Counted from the stretch's first letter, positions 28,402 through 37,860 are shown. The stretch: DNA of 64,000 nt from Pontixanthobacter sp. (GCA_037968495.1 JBBKVP010000033.1:26574-90573), one strand, 5' to 3'. Numbers and translations are program-made. The notes: generated by a model from the sequence alone, not told the origin.

Positions 28402-28410
28402 GCATAAGCC

Positions 28411-30732
28411 ATGAGTGAAAAGCCCCCCCTTCCCACGCCATCCGGCCGCCCCCGATCCGATGACGAGCCGCCAGCCTATGCGGCCATGCTCAACGAACCC
28501 CAGCGCGAGGCCGTACTGACCACCGAGGGGCCAGTATTGATGCTGGCCGGAGCAGGCACAGGCAAGACCGCCGCACTCACAGCGCGGATGGCGCATCTGA
28601 TTGCGATGCGGCTGGCATGGCCCAGCGAAATTCTCTGCGTGACCTTCACCAACAAGGCAGCGCGCGAAATGCGCGAGCGCGTTGGCAAGCATATTGGCGA
28701 GGCGGTTGATGGCATGCCGTGGCTCGGCACGTTCCATTCAATCGGCGCCAAGATGCTGCGCCGCCATTCCGAACTGGTTGGCCTGAAAAGCAATTACACG
28801 ATCATTGATACAGACGATCAAATTCGTCTGCTAAAACAGCTAATCCGCGATAATGAGATCGACGAGAAACGCTGGCCACCGAAGCAGCTTGCCGGATTGC
28901 TGGACCGCTGGAAGAACCGCGGCCTGAACCCCGGCGATCTGGATGCCGCAGAAAACGAAGCTTACGCCAACGGCCTCGGCCAGAAGATGTACCAGATATA
29001 TCAGGACCGGTTGAAGGCGCTGAACGCATGCGACTTCGGCGATTTGCTGCTGCATATGCTCAACATCTTCCGCACGCATGGCGAAGTGCTGGAGCAATAT
29101 CAGAACCGCTTCAAATATATCCTCGTCGACGAATATCAGGACACCAACCAGGTCCAATATCTCTGGCTCCGCCTGCTCGCTCAAACTCGCAAGAACATCT
29201 GCGTGGTGGGTGATGATGACCAGTCAATCTATTCGTGGCGCGGGGCGGAGGTCGCCAACATCCTACGTTTCGACCGCGATTTTCCCGGTGCGAAAGTGGT
29301 CAAGCTGGAGCAGAACTATCGCTCCACACCTGACATCCTCGCCGCCGCATCAGGCCTGATAAATGCCAACAGCCAACGGCTAGGCAAGACGCTGTGGACC
29401 GAAGTCAATGGCGGCGACAAAGTGCGTATCATAGGTGTGTGGGACGGGCCGGAGGAGGCCCGCCGCGTTGCTGAGGAAATCGAGCGGATCGAACGCGAAG
29501 GTGCATCGCTCAATGAAGTGGCGATACTTGTGCGTGCCCAATATCAAACTCGCGAGTTCGAGGATCGCTTCATCCAGATCGGCCTCAATTATCGTATCGT
29601 CGGCGGCTTCCGCTTCTACGAACGCGCGGAAATCCGCGATGCACTCGCCTATTTGCGGGTTATCGCGCAGCCGGCAGACGACTTGGCGTTCGAGCGCATT
29701 TACAACCAGCCCAAGCGCGGACTTGGCGCAAAAACGCTCGAATCCATGCATCGTCATGCGCGCGCAACGAACATGCCGCTCGCCGCAGCCTCGCTCGATT
29801 TGGCCGATAGTGACGAACTGCCTAAACGCGCCAGCGGCACCATTGGCAATCTGATGCGGCAATTCCTCAAATGGCGCGAAATGACCGAGGCTGTGACGCC
29901 GTCAGAGCTAATCCGCACTGTGCTCGATGAGAGCGGCTATACAGAAATGCTGGAGAAAGAGCGCAGCACCGAGGCGGCTGGACGGCTTGAAAACTTATCC
30001 GAACTCTCCCGCGCCATGGAAGAATACGAAACGCTCGGCGACTTCCTAGAACATGTTGCGCTGGTGATGGATAATGAAGGCTCGGCAGAGGAGGAGAAGA
30101 TCACCATCATGACTATCCACGCCGCTAAGGGTCTCGAATTTGACAATGTCTTTCTGGTCGGCTGGGAAGAAGGCGTTTTCCCCAGCCAACGTTCCCTGGA
30201 CGAAGGCGGATTGGCGAGCCTCGAGGAAGAACGCCGACTAGCTTACGTGGCAATCACTCGGGCGAAGCGCAAATGCACGATCCTGCATGCCGCGAACCGG
30301 CGGATTTATGGCCAATGGACGAGTTCGATTCCCTCGCGCTTCGTTGATGACCTCCCGGACGAGCATATCGAGAAGGAAAGCTCCATGTCCGGCGGTGAAT
30401 CGCTTTGGCGCGCCAATTGGTCGGAGAATGAAGATCCGTTTGCCCATGTTACACGGTCAACGCCGGAACGCGGCAAACAGCGCGGGCCCGGTTGGCAGCG
30501 CGCGCTATCTACAGGCTATGAAACCAAGCAAAAGCGTATTGTCGAACCGGGCAGAAGCGCGGCGAGCTTTGCCGCGAAGCCGCGCAGCGACATCGCCCTA
30601 GGTGCGCGCGTCTTCCACGACAAATTCGGTTATGGAACAGTGATCAGCCAAGAAGGCAACAAGTTAGAAATCAACTTCGAAAACACCGGCACAAAGCGCG
30701 TTATTGATAGTTTTGTGGAGGCGGCAAAGTAA
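28411..30732 (+). CDS. uvrD: UvrD/PcrA-family ATP-dependent DNA helicase II
   Basis: LNEPQREAV, Walker A AGAGTGKT, VDEYQDTN, and a C-terminal Tudor-like tail (FHDKFGYGTV). Confidence 0.9.
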   Translation: MSEKPPLPTPSGRPRSDDEPPAYAAMLNEPQREAVLTTEGPVLMLAGAGTGKTAALTARMAHLIAMRLAWPSEILCVTFTNKAAREMRERVGKHIGEAVDGMPWLGTFHSIGAKMLRRHSELVGLKSNYTIIDTDDQIRLLKQLIRDNEIDEKRWPPKQLAGLLDRWKNRGLNPGDLDAAENEAYANGLGQKMYQIYQDRLKALNACDFGDLLLHMLNIFRTHGEVLEQYQNRFKYILVDEYQDTNQVQYLWLRLLAQTRKNICVVGDDDQSIYSWRGAEVANILRFDRDFPGAKVVKLEQNYRSTPDILAAASGLINANSQRLGKTLWTEVNGGDKVRIIGVWDGPEEARRVAEEIERIEREGASLNEVAILVRAQYQTREFEDRFIQIGLNYRIVGGFRFYERAEIRDALAYLRVIAQPADDLAFERIYNQPKRGLGAKTLESMHRHARATNMPLAAASLDLADSDELPKRASGTIGNLMRQFLKWREMTEAVTPSELIRTVLDESGYTEMLEKERSTEAAGRLENLSELSRAMEEYETLGDFLEHVALVMDNEGSAEEEKITIMTIHAAKGLEFDNVFLVGWEEGVFPSQRSLDEGGLASLEEERRLAYVAITRAKRKCTILHAANRRIYGQWTSSIPSRFVDDLPDEHIEKESSMSGGESLWRANWSENEDPFAHVTRSTPERGKQRGPGWQRALSTGYETKQKRIVEPGRSAASFAAKPRSDIALGARVFHDKFGYGTVISQEGNKLEINFENTGTKRVIDSFVEAAK

Positions 30733-31054
30733 CCCGCCTGTGCCAAAGGTAGAATATCGGCGGCAAGATCAACTCCACTGCGCCGAGTAGCTGGAACAGC
30801 AGGTTAGGCGGCTCGACCATTAGCGCAGAGATGATCCGCGAAATGCCTCCTGCAAAGAAGATCGCCAGCAGGAAATAGAAGATCTGACTGCGCGCAGCCA
30901 AGTCTTTCGCCGCCCAGATTAACGCGATTCCAAAACCCATAAACAGCGTCGCGTAAAAGCGATCTTCGCTATCCATTGTCGCATTGACGGGGACAGAGCC
31001 GGGAATTGACGATGGGCCGAACGCGATATGTACCAGCGCAATTACGCAGCACAC
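30701..31054 (-). CDS. DUF4345-family small membrane protein
   Basis: Four hydrophobic segments plus DSEDRFYATLFMGFG, typical of DUF4345. It starts with GTG, and its 3-prime end overlaps uvrD by 32 nt. Confidence 0.6.
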   Translation of the reverse strand: MCCVIALVHIAFGPSSIPGSVPVNATMDSEDRFYATLFMGFGIALIWAAKDLAARSQIFYFLLAIFFAGGISRIISALMVEPPNLLFQLLGAVELILPPIFYLWHRRVTLPPPQNYQ

Positions 31055-31106
31055 CAGTCCGAAAACGTGACCAATGCGCGAAGTAATTGCATGCTAGCGA
31101 TAGTCC

Positions 31107-32561
31107 TTAGGTGGCTGAAACGTCCAGAAAACCCGGAACCGGACCATTCCATTCGCCATCATCCTTGGGCGCAGGCTTAGAAGCCGCAGCAGGTCTTTCA
31201 GGCTTTTCGGCCTTTACAGACTCTTCCTGTTTTGGTTCGGCACGTTCTGGCGGAGCTTCTTCGCGTGCCTGCCTTACAGGCGCTGCCGCTTTCGGTTCGG
31301 ATGCAACTTCCTCAGGCTTTTCCTTGCGGGTCCGCTCACGTTTTGGGCGCTCGGACTTCGGTTTATCAGACTTTGGCTTGTCAGCCTGCCGGGCCTCCGG
31401 CTGGTCGTCCTTAGGTTTATGCCCCTTCGGCTCGGCACGGGTTCCGCTGTCCATCGAATAGACCGGAATTTTCATGCCGGTCAGCTTTTCGACATTGTCG
31501 ATTGCTTCGGCATCGGCGGGTGTCACGAAAGTGAAAGCCTTACCCTTTGCCCCTGCGCGGCCGGTCCGGCCAATCCGGTGGACGTAGTCATCTGGATGCC
31601 AAGGCGTATCGTAATTGAACACATGGCTTACGCCCTTGATGTCCAATCCGCGCGCCGCAACGTCAGAAGCAACGAGAATATTGATCACGCCGTCTTTAAA
31701 GCGCTGCAATTCTGCATTGCGGGTATTCTGATCGATATCGCCGTGGATTTCGCCAGCTTTGAAACCGTCGCGGTTCAGGGCCTTGGCCAGATCACGCACA
31801 GTGGTCTTGCGGTTGGAGAAGACGATTGCAGTCGTCATGTCATCTTCGCGCAGCAGCTTGCGAAGCACGACTGGCTTATTACGCGGCGTAACCATTACCT
31901 TGTTCTGCTGGATATTGTCGCTGGTCGACGCAGCGCGCGAAACTTCGATGCGCTTGGGATTGTCGAGAAACTTGTCGGCCAGCCGTTCGATTGCTGGCGG
32001 CATAGTAGCCGAGAACAGCATCGTCTGCCGCGTCGCAGGCAGTTTGTCGCAAATGAACTCAATGTCAGGGATGAAACCCATGTCGAGCATGCGGTCAGCT
32101 TCATCGATGACCAACAGCTCGCAGCCTGTCAGCAGGATTTTGCCGCGTTCGAACAGATCCATCAGGCGGCCCGGTGTGGCAATCAGAACGTCGACGCCCT
32201 TTTCGAGAGCCTTAACCTGCTCACCCATCTGCACGCCGCCGATAAGCAGCGCCATATTGAGGTCGTGATTGACGCCGTACTTCTCGAAATTCTCGGCAAC
32301 CTGTGCAGCGAGTTCGCGCGTCGGTTCGAGGATTAAGGAGCGAGGCATACGTGCGCGGCGCCGACCGTGGCTGAGCACGTCGATCATTGGTAGCACGAAA
32401 CTGGCGGTTTTGCCCGTTCCCGTCTGGGCGATGCCGAGGATGTCTTTCATCATCAGCATGGGCGGAATGGCCTGGGCCTGGATAGGCGTAGGCTCGGTGT
32501 ATCCTGCGGCTTTTACAGCCTGCAGCAATTCGTCGGAAAGGCCGAGATCGGCAAAGTTCAT
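31107..32561 (-). CDS. rhlE: DEAD-box ATP-dependent RNA helicase (RhlE-like) with a Lys/Glu/Pro-rich tail
   Basis: Q motif, AQTGTGKT, DEADRMLDMGF, SAT, and HRIGRTGRAG. Confidence 0.85.
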   Translation of the reverse strand: MNFADLGLSDELLQAVKAAGYTEPTPIQAQAIPPMLMMKDILGIAQTGTGKTASFVLPMIDVLSHGRRRARMPRSLILEPTRELAAQVAENFEKYGVNHDLNMALLIGGVQMGEQVKALEKGVDVLIATPGRLMDLFERGKILLTGCELLVIDEADRMLDMGFIPDIEFICDKLPATRQTMLFSATMPPAIERLADKFLDNPKRIEVSRAASTSDNIQQNKVMVTPRNKPVVLRKLLREDDMTTAIVFSNRKTTVRDLAKALNRDGFKAGEIHGDIDQNTRNAELQRFKDGVINILVASDVAARGLDIKGVSHVFNYDTPWHPDDYVHRIGRTGRAGAKGKAFTFVTPADAEAIDNVEKLTGMKIPVYSMDSGTRAEPKGHKPKDDQPEARQADKPKSDKPKSERPKRERTRKEKPEEVASEPKAAAPVRQAREEAPPERAEPKQEESVKAEKPERPAAASKPAPKDDGEWNGPVPGFLDVSAT

Positions 32562-32720
32562 TTATTTATGTTGTCCGGTATGGGGGCCAATGGCCCGATT
32601 GACGCGTTTCAGCCGATAATTTGGACTGCCGCGAAACTTCGCCGCGCCCTTCGGCCAGAATACCCGCAAAGTCAAGAAATGGCGGTGTTCAGCGCCCCGC
32701 AGAGAGCGCAGGCCTATAGC

Positions 32721-33281
32721 TTAGCCGCGAATTGGAACCAGCCGCCGCAGTTTTGTAATCTCGCAGCTTGAGCCTGCCCGTGACTTAAGTTCGTCACGCT
32801 CGACACAGATGTCGCCATCTTTGCGCTGCTCGACATAAAACCCCGAGTAGAAATCACGGGCATTACATTTCTTGTTCAAGCTGGCGCGCACGATCCGTTG
32901 ATCGCGCATAAAAAGTAGCAGGCGGTTGTCACGGTCTACCTGAACACCGGCGATGCCAGCTAGCGGAACGCATTTGCCCATCTTCTTGGCTTCGTAACGT
33001 TTATCAAGCTCGGCCTGCGGCAATGTGGCGAGCAAATTGTTCCGCTGTGGCTGCGAGCGCGGCGCGATGCGCACTGTGACCTTGCGCTGGATACGAACCT
33101 GTGACTGGTTGGGAATACGGAATGCGTCAGCCACAAGCCGCCAGCCCGGCGGGCTTTGCGGGACAGCATCATCAGCCTTCTGCGCCGAATCCTCTGGCTG
33201 CGTTTCGACCGGGGCCGGAGGGCCAACCGGCGCAGGCAGTAATAGCGCTAGCGGCGCAAGGAGGGCTGCAAGGCTATTCAT
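32721..33281 (-). CDS. hypothetical secreted protein
   Basis: Signal-like N-terminus MNSLAALLAPLALLLPAP, a Pro-rich linker, and four Cys in the C-terminal domain. I do not recognise a family. Confidence 0.55.
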   Translation of the reverse strand: MNSLAALLAPLALLLPAPVGPPAPVETQPEDSAQKADDAVPQSPPGWRLVADAFRIPNQSQVRIQRKVTVRIAPRSQPQRNNLLATLPQAELDKRYEAKKMGKCVPLAGIAGVQVDRDNRLLLFMRDQRIVRASLNKKCNARDFYSGFYVEQRKDGDICVERDELKSRAGSSCEITKLRRLVPIRG

Positions 33282-33440
33282 GATGGCGGTTTCAATGGCT
33301 CCGATTGCAAGGTTACGCAGCGGATCCCCCCCCGCCTTAGTCATGACCATTTAGCCCAAAGGTTTGAATGTCGGCTTAACCTGATTGTCAGCAACAGCAA
33401 AGGCTGGCGAACTAAGTGCGGCTTGTGGCATGGCGCTCCG

Positions 33441-34901
33441 ATGCACAACACAAAGGCATTCCTCACTGCCGCCGAAGACCTGCTCGGGTCACGCGGATTT
33501 ACACGCGACGCGGCAGCGATGGCACCGTGGCTAACCGATTGGCGCGGCCGGTATACTGGCGAAGCGCTCGCCCTCGCCTCGCCCGCATCGACGGCTAAAG
33601 TGTCTGCCTTGGTGAAGCTATGCAGCAAACATCGCATCGCCATCGTCCCTCAAGGCGGCAATAGCGGTATGAGCGGCGGCGCCACCCCTGACGATAGCGG
33701 GACAGCTATCATTCTGTCGCTCAGGCGAATGGACAGCATCCGCAGTCTCGATCTGCAAGCTCGCAGTGTCACCTGTGATGCCGGACTGATATTGCAGAAA
33801 TTGCACGAAGCAGCGGAAGCCGAGCAATTGCGCTTTCCTTTGACGCTGGGCGGCAAAGGATCAGCGACAATCGGCGGCCTGATCTCCACCAACGCAGGCG
33901 GTACACAAGTATTGCGGCATGGCACCATGCGCGCGCAGGTCCTCGGCCTTGAGGCGGTCATGGCCGATGGGGTTATATTTGACACGCTTACTCCTTTGAA
34001 AAAAGACAATCGTGGTTTCGACCTGAAGCAGATGCTGATCGGATCGGAAGGCACCTTGGGTGTCGTAACCGGGGCGACCCTGCGTTTAATACCTGCGATT
34101 GCTGATCGCCGGGTGATCTGGGCGGGTGTAGAATCAGTCCATGCTGCACGAAAACTGCTGATCCATTGCGAAAATGTCGCAGCAGAAGCGCTTGAAGGCT
34201 TTGAAGTCATACCCCAGCATTGTTTGGAAGCGGTGCTCGATCATTTGCCAGATGCACGCTCGCCGCTGGATGGCGATCACCCATGGCATGCGTTGATAGA
34301 GTTGGTGGCTGATCCTGCTTCAGTGGATGCCCTTCCATCGCTTGCTGAGAACCTATTGGAAACCGCGTTCGGGGCGGAACTTCTCAGTGACGCAACCATC
34401 GCAGCGACTGAAACTCAGGCAGAAAAGCTTTGGTTACTCCGCGATTCGATTTCCGAATCCGAGCGTGCAATTGGCCCCGCAATGCAGCACGACATTTCCG
34501 TACCCGTGGCCATAATGCCTCAATTTATTACGAACTCTACACCCGAGGTAGAAAGGCGTTTTCCCGGTACGACGGTCGCTGCGTTCGGACATCTCGGTGA
34601 CGGTAATGTGCATTACCACGTTCTGGCGCCGAGCGGCGTCACGCGGGGCGAATGGGAGAATACAGACGGCAAGCAGATCAGCGCCTACGTGCATGATCTG
34701 GTCACAATGGCCGGCGGTTCGATCAGCGCAGAACACGGCATCGGTCAAATGAAGCGCGACGAATTAGGCAGGCTGGGTGATCCGGTTGCGCTCGCTTTGA
34801 TGCGCTCGGTTAAGGATGCGCTTGACCCTCAGGGCATCCTGAACCCCGGTAAGCTGGTGCCAGCGGCAGACCACCTTGCAAGAGCTAAAGCGACAGACTA
34901 A
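33441..34901 (+). CDS. FAD-linked oxidase (GlcD / D-2-hydroxyacid dehydrogenase family)
   Basis: VPQGGNSGMSGGATP FAD-binding motif and a C-terminal GSISAEHGIG motif. Confidence 0.85.
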   Translation: MHNTKAFLTAAEDLLGSRGFTRDAAAMAPWLTDWRGRYTGEALALASPASTAKVSALVKLCSKHRIAIVPQGGNSGMSGGATPDDSGTAIILSLRRMDSIRSLDLQARSVTCDAGLILQKLHEAAEAEQLRFPLTLGGKGSATIGGLISTNAGGTQVLRHGTMRAQVLGLEAVMADGVIFDTLTPLKKDNRGFDLKQMLIGSEGTLGVVTGATLRLIPAIADRRVIWAGVESVHAARKLLIHCENVAAEALEGFEVIPQHCLEAVLDHLPDARSPLDGDHPWHALIELVADPASVDALPSLAENLLETAFGAELLSDATIAATETQAEKLWLLRDSISESERAIGPAMQHDISVPVAIMPQFITNSTPEVERRFPGTTVAAFGHLGDGNVHYHVLAPSGVTRGEWENTDGKQISAYVHDLVTMAGGSISAEHGIGQMKRDELGRLGDPVALALMRSVKDALDPQGILNPGKLVPAADHLARAKATD

Positions 34902-34996
34902 AGCGCGCGCTTCGCGCGTGGCACCATAGCCCGTTCACGCTCCAATTTTTTGCCAATTTGTTACGCAATTTCAAATCCAGTTTTCGGAGATTTCCA

Positions 34997-35779
34997 ATGG
35001 CCAGCGCGCCTCCATCCAATTTGCCTTTGATGTATAACGACCTGATGCCGCTGAACAGCCGTGACCATGTAACATGGAGAGCGCGCCAGACGGATAAGGC
35101 CCCTTGGCTCGTTGGCCAGCATGCAATTCCGCTGACCACCGACGAATTTATTCAGGCCCAGCGTAACTTCCCAATAGTATTTGCCAGTGGCGATTCGCCA
35201 ACACCACTCGCGCTGATGGGCCTCAACGAGGGCGTAAATACCTTCGTCGACGCAGAAGGCACTGTGACAGAACCTGTTTACATACCGGCCTATGTCCGCC
35301 GTTACCCTTTCCTGCTCGCCAAGCTTCAGCAGGATTCGGAAGAAATGTCGCTTTGCTTCGATCCTACAAGCGACGTCGTTGGCGAATTCGATGACGGCGA
35401 ATTGCTGTTCGACGAAGACAAGAAGCCCAACGATCGGACCAACGGCTTGCTCGAATTTTGTCAGCGCTTTGAAGAAGCTGGCCAACGCACCAAGAACTTC
35501 GTCGAAGAGCTCAAAAAACATGACCTGTTGATGGAAGGCGAAGTCGCTATTTCTACCAACCCGGAAGGCGACAAGCCCTATGTCTACCGCGGCTTCCAGA
35601 TGGTGAACCAAGAAAAGCTGCGCGAAGTTCGTGGTGATGTTCTTCGCACATGGAATCAAAACGGCTTGATTACATTGATTTATGCCCACTTGTTCTCAAT
35701 GAACCTTATGCGCGACGTGTTTTCGCGCCAAGTCGCTCAGGGCACGGCCCCCAAGGAAGTGACAGAAACAGTAAACTGA
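34997..35779 (+). CDS. SapC-family protein
   Basis: Typical SapC motifs: IPLTTDEF..A.RNFPIVF and YIPAYVRRYPF. Confidence 0.8.
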   Translation: MASAPPSNLPLMYNDLMPLNSRDHVTWRARQTDKAPWLVGQHAIPLTTDEFIQAQRNFPIVFASGDSPTPLALMGLNEGVNTFVDAEGTVTEPVYIPAYVRRYPFLLAKLQQDSEEMSLCFDPTSDVVGEFDDGELLFDEDKKPNDRTNGLLEFCQRFEEAGQRTKNFVEELKKHDLLMEGEVAISTNPEGDKPYVYRGFQMVNQEKLREVRGDVLRTWNQNGLITLIYAHLFSMNLMRDVFSRQVAQGTAPKEVTETVN

Positions 35780-35932
35780 TTGTCTGACATATCGGGGCTT
35801 TTGCCCAATGTTGCGGCCGGGTCTTGAAGAAGTCTCGGCCGTCGCTATTTTAGGGTTGTCCGAACTGGCGCCCCTCATTGTCAGTTCGGATGGTGGCATT
35901 TGCTTGCAGATGCCTCCCTCCCTGAACCTTGG

Positions 35933-35964
35933 CCACCTCGTGCGTTTGCACGAGGTGGTTTTTT
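35933..35964 (+). terminator. strong rho-independent terminator
   Basis: Perfect 11-bp stem CCACCTCGTGC-gttt-GCACGAGGTGG followed by TTTTTT. It lies 154 nt after the sapC stop. Confidence 0.8.
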
Positions 35965-35973
35965 ATGTGCTGC

Positions 35974-36972
35974 TCACTCAGCCGCTTGGCGAAATCCCGA
36001 TGGCGGGGCGAGCGAGGCGGTCTCATTCGCCAACTTCCTTACCAAACCAGCCAGCAATTCAATGATCGCAGCAGCGTTGTCGTTCAGTTCCGCCCGCGAT
36101 TCGCCCAGATAGCTGCTGCGGCAGACTTCCAGCTGCAAGGCATGGATATTCTTACTTGGAGCGGCATGCCGGTCGAGAACATAGCCGCCAGCATAGGGCC
36201 GATTATGTGCGGCGCGCTCTTGTTGCGCCTCCAAATAGGTGAATGCTGCCGCAGACAGGCTGCGCGCGCTTGAGGCACCAAAACGGTCACCGATAACGAA
36301 GTTTGGCACCGGACTGCCATAACGATCAGCCGAAAGCGGCGGCATGGAATGCAGGTCAATCAAAAGCACGGCCCCCCACCGGGCGTGCAAGTCACCAAGC
36401 ATTACGGACAGGCGGTCATGATAAGTCCGGTGGATTTGTTCGATCCGGCTTTCCAGCTCGCTATTCTGCAAGGGGCTACGCCAGACTTCACCGGTCCCCG
36501 GCAACCTGCGAGGTATCAGCCCCAGACCAGTGCGGGCCCTCCGACTTCCTCTTTCATGTCGAACGACGTCTGATGCGCCCTCAACCATCGTCCAATCTAC
36601 ATCGCCCTCAGCCCGGTTGAGATCGATCATCGCTCGCGGTGCATCTGCGACCAAAAGGGCTGCGCCGGATTCCGCCGCCACACAGGCAGCAATCACGTCG
36701 ATCAGGCGATCTTCTAGCTTTAGCCGTGAAGAATCAGGATCACGCATGTCCGAAAGGACAGTAGATGGATAATTACGCCCGCCGTGCGGTGCCGCAATCA
36801 GAACCGGAATCGGCGATGGCTTGGGCATATTAAAGCGGAATGCCGGCGAACCAGCCTTGCCCGGCAAACTACCACCCTCTTGCAATGGCGAATCGCCCGC
36901 TGTGTCCTGAGTGGAACTCATTGCGTAAGTTACGCTCAACTGAGAAGCTGTGTCAAAACCGGTCATCGCCAT
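35974..36972 (-). CDS. N-formylglutamate amidohydrolase family protein
   Basis: IAAPHGGR near the N-terminus and LLIDLHSMP, typical of the FGase family. The exact start is uncertain. Confidence 0.8.
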   Translation of the reverse strand: MAMTGFDTASQLSVTYAMSSTQDTAGDSPLQEGGSLPGKAGSPAFRFNMPKPSPIPVLIAAPHGGRNYPSTVLSDMRDPDSSRLKLEDRLIDVIAACVAAESGAALLVADAPRAMIDLNRAEGDVDWTMVEGASDVVRHERGSRRARTGLGLIPRRLPGTGEVWRSPLQNSELESRIEQIHRTYHDRLSVMLGDLHARWGAVLLIDLHSMPPLSADRYGSPVPNFVIGDRFGASSARSLSAAAFTYLEAQQERAAHNRPYAGGYVLDRHAAPSKNIHALQLEVCRSSYLGESRAELNDNAAAIIELLAGLVRKLANETASLAPPSGFRQAAE

Positions 36973-37016
36973 TTCCTAGTGAGATTCTTAACCCGATTAG
37001 GTATAAGGGGCTCTGC

Positions 37017-37409
37017 ATGAGCAAACCGACAAACCGCCTGCGCATCCTCCTTGCCGAAGACGAAGAGGCAATGCGTACCTATCTGGCCCGCGCGCTGGAC
37101 AATGCCGGTTACGAGGTGGTTTCGGTCGATCGGGGCACTGCAGCGATTCCTTTGCTCACCGATCAGCATTTCGATCTGCTGCTGTCCGACATTGTAATGC
37201 CGGAAATGGACGGGATTGAACTCGCGCAGAAGTGCGCCGAGCTAAGCCCCCGGACAAAAGTGATGTTCATCACCGGATTTGCAGCGGTCACATTGAAGGC
37301 GAGCCGCGAGGCACCCGCCGCCAAGGTGCTCTCCAAGCCGTTCCACCTGAAAGACCTCGTGATCGAAGTCGAGCGGGTTTTTGCAGGCGAAGCAGCCGCC
37401 AGTCTTTAA
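37017..37409 (+). CDS. cpdR: single-domain response regulator CpdR
   Basis: RILLAEDEE..., LLLSDIVMPEMDGIELA, MFITGFAAV and KVLSKPFHLKDLV closely resemble Caulobacter CpdR. Start taken at the ATG at 37017. Confidence 0.85.
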   Translation: MSKPTNRLRILLAEDEEAMRTYLARALDNAGYEVVSVDRGTAAIPLLTDQHFDLLLSDIVMPEMDGIELAQKCAELSPRTKVMFITGFAAVTLKASREAPAAKVLSKPFHLKDLVIEVERVFAGEAAASL

Positions 37410-37500
37410 GCACAGTCTTTAATAGCCACTTGCAACCTGAAATTCGCGCGGCTACATGCCGCGCCTGCCGTCCCTAATCGGGTGGTTTTGCCGAAAGTGT

Positions 37501-37575
37501 GGGCGTATAGCTCAGTGGTAGAGCACTGTGTTGACATCGCAGGGGCCGGGAGTTCAACTCTCTCTACGCCCACCA
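37501..37575 (+). tRNA. tRNA-Val (anticodon GAC), CCA encoded
   Basis: Manual cloverleaf: acceptor GGGCGTA/TACGCCC; D arm GCTC-AGTGGTA-GAGC; anticodon arm CTGTG-TTGACAT-CGCAG; T arm GGGAG-TTCAACT-CTCTC; discriminator A plus CCA. Confidence 0.95.
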
Positions 37576-37578
37576 TTC

Positions 37579-37613
37579 GGGATTTTGCTCCGCAAAACCC
37601 TCATTAGTTTTTT
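37579..37613 (+). terminator. possible terminator of tRNA-Val
   Basis: Hairpin GGG(A)TTTTGC-tcc-GCAAAACCC, then TTTTTT 7 nt further on. The T-run may belong to the neighbouring inverted repeat instead. Confidence 0.4.
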
Positions 37614-37860
37614 GTTTAGCCCCTCAGATGCCGGGTGTGAGCCATTCGGCTCGCTTGGCTTCGCCGCATAAGCGGCGTCGAGCGTAGCACGCTGGCTGCC
37701 GCAACCAAGATTCTTGGTGCCTGATGGATGGCTTGGAGTGGATCGGACCGAGACCAGCGGACCGCAAGGCCGACTTGCCGCCCGAGCTTATTCGAGGAAA
37801 CCAAGCCCACGGATGTGGGCCCCCGGCGTTTGAGGGGTTCCGGAGGACCTAAACAAAAAC
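37605..37860. repeat. inverted-repeat-bounded structured non-coding element (MITE-like or unclassified ncRNA)
   Basis: The ends TTTTTGTTTAG (37609-37619) and CTAAACAAAAA (37849-37859) are reverse complements. Immediately inside them, CCCCTCAgatGCCGGG (37620-37635) pairs with CCCGGCgttTGAGGGG (37822-37837). Five local hairpins lie in between. Confidence 0.4.

Noticed and set aside
28217-28441. Small ORFs (74 aa on the minus strand, 63 aa on the plus strand) in the 273-nt region upstream of uvrD.
   Set aside because: They overlap each other on opposite strands, have no ribosome-binding site or recognisable domains, and lie in a divergent promoter region.
35808-36065. 85-aa plus-strand ORF in the sapC/amidohydrolase spacer.
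   Set aside because: It reads straight through a perfect intrinsic terminator and into the convergent gene, and has no family resemblance.
37605-37860. Possibility that the structured spacer is a known housekeeping RNA (SRP/4.5S, RNase P, 6S or tmRNA).
   Set aside because: The SRP core (GGAAGCAGC-type motif) is absent. The GAGGAAACCAAGCCC stretch only superficially resembles the RNase P P4 sequence, and the element is far too short for RNase P. There is no tRNA-like acceptor/T-arm or tag reading frame for tmRNA. The identity is left open rather than assigned.
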